A stretch of DNA of 64,000 nucleotides from a virus. Where the stretch lies: IMG/VR virus record IMGVR_UViG_3300030110_002054, positions 12,802 to 76,801 of that record; one strand, written 5' to 3'. The position numbers and the translations under genes are program-made. How positions within the stretch are numbered: the first letter of the stretch is position 1; each line of letters starts with the position of its first letter. This document shows positions 18,885-27,198 of this stretch, piece after piece. The notes under the pieces are model-generated. The model made no database searches and was not told the DNA's origin. It saw only the letters and a list, made by a program, of their open reading frames with translations.

Positions 18885-19409
18885 TCAAGAGTCAAGTTCC
18901 CACCTCTCATGTACGTTCTCCCCATCCTCAACACGCATGATTAACTCGTCATCCTCACGCATGCCTGTTGGAATACGCTTAGGGTCAAGCATGCGTTCGA
19001 TGGCATCTCTAACGAAGCCTGTCCTGTCCTTACCAAACATACAGTGGAAGAACACTGGTGCGTCTTGTGCTAGTGTCAGTATCAACTGAGCAGTATCACG
19101 AATGTAGGCTTCGTCCTTGACGTAGTTCTTCTTCCCGTAGGGATTGGGTATGTGTCTGACAATCCTGTTGACGTGGTGGTCACCTGTGTGTTTCAACACG
19201 TCGTGGCTGATGTCCGTCACCCACTCACCTGCGTTCCTGTCCAGAGACACGACGTACTTCCACGTGTGTAGATGGAAGGCATCCTCAATCTGATTCACGA
19301 AGTCGTTCTTGTCATGTATGTCATACTGGTGTCCTTTGGGTGGGTCAATCCTAGACCCATCTGAACAGAACACGTTGTCTGCAATCTGCATGTATCTGAA
19401 CTCGCTCAT
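18885..19409 (-). CDS. Cys-based protein tyrosine/dual-specificity phosphatase
   Basis: PVFFHCMFGKDRTG matches the HCxxGxDRTG active-site loop. Confidence 0.8.
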   Translation of the reverse strand: MSEFRYMQIADNVFCSDGSRIDPPKGHQYDIHDKNDFVNQIEDAFHLHTWKYVVSLDRNAGEWVTDISHDVLKHTGDHHVNRIVRHIPNPYGKKNYVKDEAYIRDTAQLILTLAQDAPVFFHCMFGKDRTGFVRDAIERMLDPKRIPTGMREDDELIMRVEDGENVHERWELDS

Positions 19410-19588
19410 TCTTCCTCACCTGTCCATTTCCTATCACCCATCAGGTTGTTCCAATGTTCCCAATGGACATCTTCAGGATACCATGATTCCATCGTGTTGC
19501 CCCAATAGTCCACTCGCACTATGCGACCATCATCTTCAGGATAGAGTACCGTTCCACCATCAGACAGTTCAATTCCTTCGTCACTCAT
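19406..19588 (-). CDS. Small hypothetical protein
   Basis: 60-aa ORF with ATGA overlaps. Confidence 0.6.
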   Translation of the reverse strand: MSDEGIELSDGGTVLYPEDDGRIVRVDYWGNTMESWYPEDVHWEHWNNLMGDRKWTGEEE

Positions 19589-19980
19589 TCTTCTTCACCC
19601 CACCTTAAGTTCCATCCTTGTTCTGTTAGTTCTCTCTTAGAAACATCATAGGTCATTAACTCCTTGAGTTTCGCCATGATGCTCCTTTGCTTCTTCTTCC
19701 CAATCAGAAGTCTTTCCTCGTTACCATTAGGATGAGATACTCGCATGAGTATTCCCTTCTCCATAGGTTGCCAATTGAACAACTCACATCGTTGTAAGTA
19801 GTTCTGCCAAATCTTGGATTCCTTCCAACATATGCTGAATGTTATCGTTGATATGTTATTCAGATTGAAGAACATGAACTGTGACTTGTCCAATGATTGA
19901 ACTGCCATATACATTCTAATGCCTTCATTTGCATTGTAGAAGTGACTTCTCTTTCCTTCTCCGTGTTCCTCAATGCTCAT
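19585..19980 (-). CDS. Hypothetical protein
   Basis: Start reassigned to MSIEEHG, which overlaps the UvrD stop as ATGA. Confidence 0.65.
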   Translation of the reverse strand: MSIEEHGEGKRSHFYNANEGIRMYMAVQSLDKSQFMFFNLNNISTITFSICWKESKIWQNYLQRCELFNWQPMEKGILMRVSHPNGNEERLLIGKKKQRSIMAKLKELMTYDVSKRELTEQGWNLRWGEEE

Positions 19981-21419
19981 CCTACTCGCCTCCCGCAGTA
20001 ATTCAGAACCTTCTTCGCTCTTGTAATTGCAACATAGCATAGGTTCATCTCTTGTTCTCTATCAGCCTTTGACTTAGCCATCGGATGTGGCATTAGGTCA
20101 GGCTTTAGAATCCAAACGGTATTTGACTCAAGACCCTTAGCCTTGTGAATAGTAGAGAAGACAACACCTGCCCTCTTACCATCATCAAAGATAGTCTTGA
20201 TGTTATCCATCAATCCCTTCACAGTCTGAGTATTAGCCATCAATGCGAATAGACAGTCTCTCCTATCCTGTAGGTTATGTGCGAACTTCTCCTTCTCCTG
20301 CTCCATCAACATGCGAACTTGAACATCCACATACTTGACCAATGCTTCCTTGAAAGAAGCAATGTCCATTGAAACATCTTGTGTCACCTTCTTGACCAAT
20401 GCATTGAGCGATTGCCCAATATCTCTTCCGAGAACATATGCTGGTATTCCAGCAGTAATCAAAGAGAAACAATGACTCACTAGTGGTGCATTGACTCTAC
20501 AAAGAACCATGTCTCCTACCTTTGGAACAAAGTCCACATTAGTATTTACTTCACCTTCTTCAGCATTATCTGCCGCTTCAAAGTCGGGTACGAATCTGTT
20601 AGCCTCTTGGACTACTGCCGTTGGACATCTCCAAGATACTGTCAAAGGAAACTCCTTGATTTCCCTTGAAGAGAACTTTAGTGAATCCTTGAAGATAGAC
20701 ATACTCCTAGAATCTGCTCCTCTAAATCCATAGATTGCTTGCTTTGGGTCACCGACAATTATCATCCTTCCACCATTACAGGCTTTGAGAATCAATCTCC
20801 TTTGTGACTCATTGAAGTCCTGTGCCTCATCAACGAATACCACATCATAGTGCTTGACTGGCAATTCCAATACAACTGGTAGCCATATCATGTCATCGAA
20901 GTTGAAGATGCTCACATCTAGACTCAGGTTCTTAATCTGAGGTAGTTTGAGTATTGCATTGTTCTTCTCGCGTATGCCATCAAACTCTATGCTATACTCA
21001 TCAATCAGGTTCTCGATACCAGCCTTATCATCCCACTCAATCATTGATGACTTGAGTAGAGAGATTAGTTTCTTCAATCCCTGCTTGGACTTGAAGTTCT
21101 TACCCATTACTGCCTTGACTATGTTATCGTCCTTCTTGAAATCCATCTTGGCTTTACTGTTGTGTCTTTTCAAAGCACCCATACCTAGAGAGTGAAAGGT
21201 CTTGGCCTCACAATCCATTGGCAACTTCGTGCCTATCTCCGTAGCAATCGACTTGTTGAATGCTAAGAATAACTTAGACACATTGGGTATTCGATTAGCC
21301 CCTTCTACGATGGTGAATGTCTTGCCCGTTCCGGCTTTAGCATCAACCACCAAATGGTCTGTGCTTTCGACCATCTCTTTCCATATTCGTTCTTGTTGTT
21401 CTGTTCCTACTATTTTCAT
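19977..21419 (-). CDS. UvrD/Rep-like superfamily 1 helicase
   Basis: AKAGTGKT, LAFN, VDEAQD, VGDPKQAIYGFRGA, SWRCP, STIHKAKGLE and YVAITRAK. Start set at MKIVGT after an AAGGAG SD. Confidence 0.93.
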   Translation of the reverse strand: MKIVGTEQQERIWKEMVESTDHLVVDAKAGTGKTFTIVEGANRIPNVSKLFLAFNKSIATEIGTKLPMDCEAKTFHSLGMGALKRHNSKAKMDFKKDDNIVKAVMGKNFKSKQGLKKLISLLKSSMIEWDDKAGIENLIDEYSIEFDGIREKNNAILKLPQIKNLSLDVSIFNFDDMIWLPVVLELPVKHYDVVFVDEAQDFNESQRRLILKACNGGRMIIVGDPKQAIYGFRGADSRSMSIFKDSLKFSSREIKEFPLTVSWRCPTAVVQEANRFVPDFEAADNAEEGEVNTNVDFVPKVGDMVLCRVNAPLVSHCFSLITAGIPAYVLGRDIGQSLNALVKKVTQDVSMDIASFKEALVKYVDVQVRMLMEQEKEKFAHNLQDRRDCLFALMANTQTVKGLMDNIKTIFDDGKRAGVVFSTIHKAKGLESNTVWILKPDLMPHPMAKSKADREQEMNLCYVAITRAKKVLNYCGRRVG

Positions 21420-21601
21420 TTTTCTTTCTCCTTTAATTTTCAAAAAAGAAAACCACAAACACAAGTTACGAAACGCCTGAAGTGCGTTACGAAACGTCAT
21501 GTCTGTTTTTTGTCTTCTTCTTGACTAGTTATTTGTGAAGTTACATATTTACTTTTATTAGTGTCCTATATGACTTTCCAAATAAAAGTAAAAAAATAAG
21601 A

Positions 21602-21646
21602 GGAAGTTACACAGACTCGATTTACACCGAATTTGTGTAACTTTCC
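21602..21646 (-). terminator. Stem-loop after ORF 21650-22372
   Basis: Inverted repeat GGAAGTTACACA ... TGTGTAACTTTCC, followed on the minus strand by T-tracts. Confidence 0.55.
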
Positions 21647-21649
21647 AAC

Positions 21650-22372
21650 TTACTCTTCTTCGTTTTCTTTTCCTCCCTTCGGGACATATGTGGTTCTCCT
21701 GTATGCCCGCTTCTTGAGTTTCCTCTTCTCATGCTTGAGCATGGCAGATAACTCCATCTGTTCGGTTTCGATGGTTTCCATCATCCTCGCCATTCTGTCT
21801 AATCTCTGATTAAGCGCAGTTATACGAGGACTGACATCCGCTTGGATAGACTCCATCTTCTGAATGTTGGTATTCATACGACCATTCAAAGTAGCGATGC
21901 TACCTAGCACCTTATCCTTGAATGGAGTATCATCATCATTCATTGCCAATTCTATAGCCTTCGCTACCTGCTCATTGACTGCCTTCTTGAAGTGTTGAGT
22001 AGTTAGGAACCTGTCCCTAATTATCTCCTCTTCAGTAAAGGGATTAATCTCACTAGGAGAAGCATCATTACTTTCATGGTGGAAAGCCTGTCCTGCTACT
22101 GTTGAGAGTCTTATCTCAATCTCCTCTATTCTAGCAAGAGTCTTTGGTAATTCTGACATCTGAGTTGATACCCAAGTTTCCATCGCTTTGGCATTAGCCA
22201 CTTTGACATACTGGTTATTCATACCATCTCTGTCTCTAACTAGGCCGGACTTGTTTACTCTCACCCTGTGTTCTTCACAGAATTTAGGTTGCACCATTCC
22301 TGTTCTTACTACGAATGGCCGTTGGCACTTATGTCCGTCTTCCATTACAAATTCACATCTTTTTCTTATCAT
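21650..22372 (-). CDS. Zinc-finger plus coiled-coil protein
   Basis: C..C..C..H N-terminus (RCEF...KCQR...FCEEH), long coiled coil and basic tail. First gene of the left arm. Confidence 0.75.
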   Translation of the reverse strand: MIRKRCEFVMEDGHKCQRPFVVRTGMVQPKFCEEHRVRVNKSGLVRDRDGMNNQYVKVANAKAMETWVSTQMSELPKTLARIEEIEIRLSTVAGQAFHHESNDASPSEINPFTEEEIIRDRFLTTQHFKKAVNEQVAKAIELAMNDDDTPFKDKVLGSIATLNGRMNTNIQKMESIQADVSPRITALNQRLDRMARMMETIETEQMELSAMLKHEKRKLKKRAYRRTTYVPKGGKENEEE

Positions 22373-22429
22373 TCTTATTCCTCTAATATTGTTATGTTGA
22401 TGAGACTATATGAAGTGTCATCAATTTGA

Positions 22430-22960
22430 GTGTTTGGCAGGGGCGAACTACGCGCCGCATTACTCTTAGAACTCTCGATAGTATTCTAAGAAACCTACCT
22501 CAAGGGTTGGTATTAGCAACCTTACAGTTACGGAGAAGATATATGGGGGCTTCTCCGATTTGGTTGAGTGGTTATTGGGGGAGATGAACCGTGCTATGCC
22601 GTTAAGCGCAGGGATGCATACGATGCCGTGACTAGACATCATGGTTTTATTTATTGAAATGCTGACTACTGCTGAACCTTATGGTTCTTCTTATACCGGA
22701 CAGTAAGTTAAACATGCTCGATTAACTTAAGCAACTCCTCTCTCCAAGGATATCTCTCCCGACAACCGAAGTTGTGGGAAAAGAAGTATCCGAGTCGATG
22801 GTCAACCCTTGTATCTTCATTCATCTTTACTACTCAAACCCCAATTCCCGACTGTGCAAATCCTCCGCTAAGATTCATTGGTCACCACATTTGTGTCGAG
22901 TTGTTATTCTCATGTTTCTAACATGAGGATGATAAAACCGAAATGCCGTTTGAGTGGGGC
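22430..22960 (-). ncRNA. Candidate large structured non-coding RNA
   Basis: ORF-free stretch with many nested hairpins. One has a cUUCGg tetraloop on the minus strand (22747-22791). Boundaries are approximate. Confidence 0.4.
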
Positions 22961-22974
22961 TAACCTCGGTTTTC

Positions 22975-23300
22975 TTTGATTTTCTCATTATTCTCATTAT
23001 TCTCACTAGTTTTCTAGAGAGAGAGAGTATAGGTGTGTGTGGGGGGTATGTTGTTGTGTATAATGTATGTTAATAATGATAATATTGAGAATATTACTCT
23101 AAATCGTTCATACTACCCATTCACGCCTTTCGGTTCTCTCATATCCGTGAGAATATTGTGAGAGAACCAAACATAAGATGCTATCTTATGAATACCATAT
23201 ATATGATATTAGTATATATGATAGATATCTATACCTATATGGTATGATATGTGAGTCTTGATTTGACTGTGATACCAAGCCACATATATTGGTGGTTACG
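22975..23300. other. Putative replication origin / control region
   Basis: Lies at the strand-switch point. Has TGAGAATA-type iterons in opposite orientations (three tandem units at ~22982-23005; copies at ~23086 and ~23148), a (GA)n/(GT)n/G-run centre and an AT-rich tract at ~23190-23250. Confidence 0.45.
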
Positions 23301-23563
23301 AATAACTCCAATCACTTGTGTTCATTGATATGCTAGTTTGATTTCACATGCAGTCAAAGGAGGACTTTTTTCCTCAGTAAGTGCCTGTGACTACCCTATA
23401 TTAGGGTGGGGCGACACTTACCCCTACCCTGAATCATTTATCTCTTGATTGATTTAGCAACCATATGGTAGGACACTTTGTCGTAAAGACCCCATAGAGG
23501 GTTAATCAGGCCCATAGATGCTTTAGGAGGGTTGGTGAGACAACCTTACAGGAGGAAAACAAT

Positions 23564-24034
23564 ATGGAATGGCAAGAATTTACGGGAATGGTTACGACCT
23601 ACGCAAATGACAAGAAATCGGAGATAGACTCAGAGGATAAGACCTCTGTTCTCCGCCTCATAGAAAGAGGGAACGCAAATGAAAAGAAGCAAGCACGTTG
23701 CACTACTGCAATTAGGCTAATTATCGGAGACTACTCTGATAGCCCAACTAACAGTAGGGGCTTCTCGCTTCCAGATGATGCACAGGCAGTCGTTCAGTCT
23801 GCATATGATGCAATCGCTGGACTAGCATCCGTCTATAACGAGAACCCAGTTATAGCGGCTCTTCTTCTGCCTCACGGCAGGAGTACCGCTACTCACCTAG
23901 ATGGTGAGACATGGGCAAACCGAATGGTAAGCCACATGGAAGACACGGCTCGCTCGCTATACGAGAGCAAAACATGGGACGGTTCTGAGAAGAGCCTCGT
24001 TGCTACGGTGTCCTTCACCACGGAGGATAACTGA
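23564..24034 (+). CDS. Cassette 1 protein (paralog of cassette 4 protein)
   Basis: 156 aa with a GGAGG SD. Shares SVxxLIERGxxN...IR...SDxP...SLP with ORF 25315. Confidence 0.8.
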   Translation: MEWQEFTGMVTTYANDKKSEIDSEDKTSVLRLIERGNANEKKQARCTTAIRLIIGDYSDSPTNSRGFSLPDDAQAVVQSAYDAIAGLASVYNENPVIAALLLPHGRSTATHLDGETWANRMVSHMEDTARSLYESKTWDGSEKSLVATVSFTTEDN

Positions 24035-24248
24035 TTAGGCAATTTGCCTTCCCTCCTTTAGCACAGACTACTCAAGTCTTACATAGATAACAATCCGTAA
24101 GTCCTAGATGTGGTGGTAGTAATATCACTACCTAAATTCTCTAGGCTGGGTTGGGGCTATGGGGTTTGAAGCGACAAAGTGCCGAACCATATGGTAATGC
24201 ACACTTTGTCGTGACAGACCCCATATAGGTTGTAGGACAAACTAAGAC

Positions 24249-24437
24249 ATGGTTAACCTACAGAGAAGGCACTTCAGATGGCTTGCAGAGTTTGCAGTCA
24301 CGGCCCAACTAGATGAAGAACAACGAGAGCAATTGATTAATGCTTGTAGATATACAAACAGTAATTTTGATGCTGGCAGGATGAGAGAATACATGAAATC
24401 ACATCATAGGTTGATTTACATGTACGAAATGGAGTGA
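24249..24437 (+). CDS. Cassette 2 protein A
   Basis: 62 aa with the L.RRHF..LA...NSNFDAGR pattern seen in small phage proteins. Confidence 0.7.
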   Translation: MVNLQRRHFRWLAEFAVTAQLDEEQREQLINACRYTNSNFDAGRMREYMKSHHRLIYMYEME

Positions 24438-24446
24438 GGTGAGAAA

Positions 24447-24650
24447 GTGGAAAGTGAAAGAATAGTGAATGAAGCAATGAAAGTATATCAGTATGAGATT
24501 GATGTTGGTCACTCTAAGAGTGGTTCAAATCATGTCATCATTATCAAGAGCCTAAAGGTTCGGAGTGATGACCTTGCAAATGCAATACAGGAAATACAAG
24601 CAGCACTAAGGGCATTTAATGACCTTGGGGGCTGCCCTGATTGCAAATGA
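24447..24650 (+). CDS. Cassette 2 protein B
   Basis: 67 aa with a GAGGTGA SD and GTG start. Confidence 0.65.
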   Translation: MESERIVNEAMKVYQYEIDVGHSKSGSNHVIIIKSLKVRSDDLANAIQEIQAALRAFNDLGGCPDCK

Positions 24651-24764
24651 TGTTGTGGGGGCTATGCCCCTACTTCATCAGGGTGTTAGCGACAAAGTGC
24701 ATTACCATATGGTAAGTTACTTTGTGTTCACGCACCCCATATAGGGGGGTAACAGAGTATTACC

Positions 24765-25121
24765 ATGCAAGATGAGTTAAAACAAGCATATGTTGAAAGA
24801 AAGATGGAAGCAGACCCGAATATTCGGTTCTTCAAGGAGAATGAAGTTGGGGACATACATTTGGAGAGTATGATAGCAAGGCAGAAGGAAACCTATGAAA
24901 GGGAGTATGATTCTTCAATGGCCGCAGTCATGAATATCATGGAGGAGAACGGCATTGAGGAAGATGTCTTCTTCGGATTCGATGTAATCGTCAAAGACCT
25001 TCTGATGTCACTCGCTGAGGCAAATAGCGAGATGGAAGAGCGACTTGGAGATTGGGAATACTACGCTGACGAGTTGTATGACAACATCTCATCCGCAATC
25101 AGCGATGGTCGTCCTTGGTAA
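24765..25121 (+). CDS. Cassette 3 acidic protein
   Basis: 118 aa. The ATG is ~25 nt after CCCCATATAG, consistent with a leaderless transcript. Confidence 0.75.
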   Translation: MQDELKQAYVERKMEADPNIRFFKENEVGDIHLESMIARQKETYEREYDSSMAAVMNIMEENGIEEDVFFGFDVIVKDLLMSLAEANSEMEERLGDWEYYADELYDNISSAISDGRPW

Positions 25122-25314
25122 TCATCCAGCGGTAATAGCGGCTAGGGGGGAGAGAAAATGGCCTATTCTCTCCCTCCAACATCTTCGGGGTAACGTTGAC
25201 ACAAAGTAACTACTACCATATGGTATGATACTTTGTCATGGTCACCCCATATAGCCATCACACATACATTAACTGTCCGTGGAGGGCATTCCTAACAGGA
25301 AAGGAGATAATACA

Positions 25315-25920
25315 ATGGCAGAAAGAAATAAACAAGAACCAATGACAGATAGTAAGTGGAAAGAAAGCATAGTGCAGAAGTGGAAGAACTGGGTAAAGGA
25401 TAACCCGGATTGGGAGGACTACTATGACGGACTAATGAGTGTCCCTTCTCTAATTGAGAGAGGAACTAAGAACGCTGAGAAGAGGCGCAGAATAGCAACT
25501 GGTATCAGAACTTGCTTCATAGCGATGGAAGTAAGTGACAACCCATTTGCGGCAGGTGCTACTTCATCACTACCTGAGAAGGTCGAGAGAACCAAGACCA
25601 CCGAATTAGGTGAACTCAAAAAGGCATACATCAACTTCTGGAAAACATGTGCGCAAGCACGAAGGTATCTAGTAAAATCGAAGCGTGGCGGAGGGGGAGT
25701 TTTCTCCTCTGCTGAGGAATTCGCTCAGTATCAGATTGACCTATTGACCAACAAGTTGTCAGCCTACTACAACGACTTCGCAGATGGCAAGACCACCAAG
25801 GACTATCATTGGAAGGGAACCCAAACCGCACTCATCAACAATATACCCCTATTGAAGAAGGCGAAAGAAGCAGACGCAAAGAAGACCGAACAAGAAGAGG
25901 CCTCCAAGGAGGCTGAATAG
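25315..25920 (+). CDS. Cassette 4 protein (paralog of cassette 1 protein)
   Basis: Start reassigned to MAERNK after an AAGGAG SD. Similar to ORF 23564. Confidence 0.8.
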   Translation: MAERNKQEPMTDSKWKESIVQKWKNWVKDNPDWEDYYDGLMSVPSLIERGTKNAEKRRRIATGIRTCFIAMEVSDNPFAAGATSSLPEKVERTKTTELGELKKAYINFWKTCAQARRYLVKSKRGGGGVFSSAEEFAQYQIDLLTNKLSAYYNDFADGKTTKDYHWKGTQTALINNIPLLKKAKEADAKKTEQEEASKEAE

Positions 25921-25940
25921 GATTGTCTCCTCCACGGACA

Positions 25941-25952
25941 ACCCTTCGGGGT
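25941..25952 (+). terminator. cUUCGg hairpin at the 3' end of cassette 4
   Basis: ACCCTTCGGGGT. A similar GCCCCTTCGGGGC ends cassette 5 (~26852) and CTTCGG ends cassette 3 (~25183). Confidence 0.5.
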
Positions 25953-26035
25953 CTTTAATGGCAAAGCATACCAACCATATGGTAGGCTACTTTGTGCCTG
26001 ACTACCCCATATACCCCTAATTCCAGACTAAGCAT

Positions 26036-26842
26036 ATGGCAGACACAAGCGTGACATATGAAAGAACAATGAAAGTGACCTACCCTAGAGAAGGCGGTAG
26101 GTTATCATCTAAACTGATAAGGAGACTTCAGCAGATGTTGACAACCTTTGGGATATACATGGTGTATAGATGTGGTTGGGGAGAACCCGACTACAGTTCC
26201 TATGAGGAAGTCGAGAAGACGGAAACCAAGAGGTCTTACAAACTGACCTCGGATGAATCTGACTACGAGATAGTAGATTTCGGAGTAGTCGATTCGACCT
26301 ACGAGCGAAGTGGTATGAAGAAAATCGTCAATGCCCTAAATGACTATGCTAGGTCGATGCCCGGTCTATCTCTGGATGAAACGGTAGTCACCACATCTAC
26401 TATGGAACTCCCAAGATGGAAAGGAGATGCGATTTGGATTAACGGTCTAGAAGAACCTCAAGTCATGATGAACCGTGACTATGGCGGAAGCCGAATGACT
26501 TGGGCAGATGAAACCGATGAAACGGATATGACCAAGATGGAAGTATTGCTAGACCCCAGCACTAGCAATGATTCAGCAATCTTGACCTTCAAGATTTGGA
26601 AGGAGGCAACCAAGACGCAGAACAAGAAAGACATCGAGACATGGTTGGTAGATACCCCATTAGATTTGATGGGAGAGATACAGGCTCACATAGAAACGTG
26701 TCTGTCTGATGTGGGCTTCGACATCACCGAGCCAGTCATTGACTGTCACTTCGATGCGAAGACAGAAAGCCGAAGCGAGTGCGCCCCTGATATCATCGGG
26801 CGACTTCGTGACGCCAAACAACGGACGATTGACAACCAATAG
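26036..26842 (+). CDS. Cassette 5 protein
   Basis: 268 aa. The ATG is ~25 nt after CCCCATATA. Confidence 0.8.
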   Translation: MADTSVTYERTMKVTYPREGGRLSSKLIRRLQQMLTTFGIYMVYRCGWGEPDYSSYEEVEKTETKRSYKLTSDESDYEIVDFGVVDSTYERSGMKKIVNALNDYARSMPGLSLDETVVTTSTMELPRWKGDAIWINGLEEPQVMMNRDYGGSRMTWADETDETDMTKMEVLLDPSTSNDSAILTFKIWKEATKTQNKKDIETWLVDTPLDLMGEIQAHIETCLSDVGFDITEPVIDCHFDAKTESRSECAPDIIGRLRDAKQRTIDNQ

Positions 26843-26979
26843 TCCCCTTTGCGCCCTTCGGGGCCATCGGGGTTCATTTGCACAAAGTAACATACAACCA
26901 TATGGCTTTGCTTCCAAATTTTTTTTCTTTCTATATGCCCACAAACAAGTTAATGGTCTAATGCTCACCCGCCACGCAT

Positions 26980-27198
26980 GTGGCTAATGAGGATTCGCAA
27001 CTTGAAATATACAAAGAAGCCACAAGAATAGTTAAGGACATACAGGAAGAGGTATCTAACATCCAAACTATGGGGAGGTTAGATTCTAAGTTAAACAAGA
27101 TGCTTAACAGAATTAAAGCAGATACAAAACAACTACTCAAGGAGATAAGAAGTAAGGTGTTTCACCAAACTAGCATAGATGATTGGGGTGGAGATTAA
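26980..27198 (+). CDS. Small helical protein with a C-terminal PIP-box-like motif
   Basis: Ends FHQTSIDDWGGD. Confidence 0.6.
   Translation: MANEDSQLEIYKEATRIVKDIQEEVSNIQTMGRLDSKLNKMLNRIKADTKQLLKEIRSKVFHQTSIDDWGGD

Larger units (their letters stand above)
23460..26905 (+). repeat. Array of six palindromic junction sites (core ACCATATGGT) delimiting five gene cassettes
   Basis: Cores at 23460, 24186, 24704, 25215, 25974 and 26897 (the last is ACCATATGGc). Consensus GGGT-N7-8-(A/G)CAAAG(T/C)-N3-7-ACCATATGGT-N5-7-ACTTTGT-N7-8-ACCCCATA. Confidence 0.9.

Noticed and set aside
162-22400. Plus-strand ORFs in the left arm (e.g. 4492-5130, 14817-15590) and minus-strand ORFs in the right arm (e.g. 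49910-50839, 42850-43473)
   Set aside because: They are antisense shadows of well-supported, tightly coupled genes, with Ser/Leu/Phe-rich mirror composition.
22400-23400. Group I intron, RNase P RNA or tRNA in the intergenic region
   Set aside because: GAGACTATA (~22402) has no matching S element, GAGGAAAAAAGTCC (minus strand, ~23362-23375) is only superficially RNase P-like, and no cloverleaf or T-loop was found.
23564-23590. MEWQEF start of the cassette 1 protein as another leader-tag copy
   Set aside because: It lacks the hydrophobic-K ending, it is in an early-type context, and its paralog does not start this way.
23460-26905. CRISPR array interpretation of the ACCATATGGT repeats
   Set aside because: The spacers are 500-900 bp and contain full genes, the repeats are degenerate, and no cas genes are present.
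23460-26905. Classical integron with attC sites, or IS/MITE elements
   Set aside because: No RYYYAAC/GTTRRRY boxes, no IntI or transposase in the window, and each cassette carries its own promoter-like box. Only an analogy is claimed.
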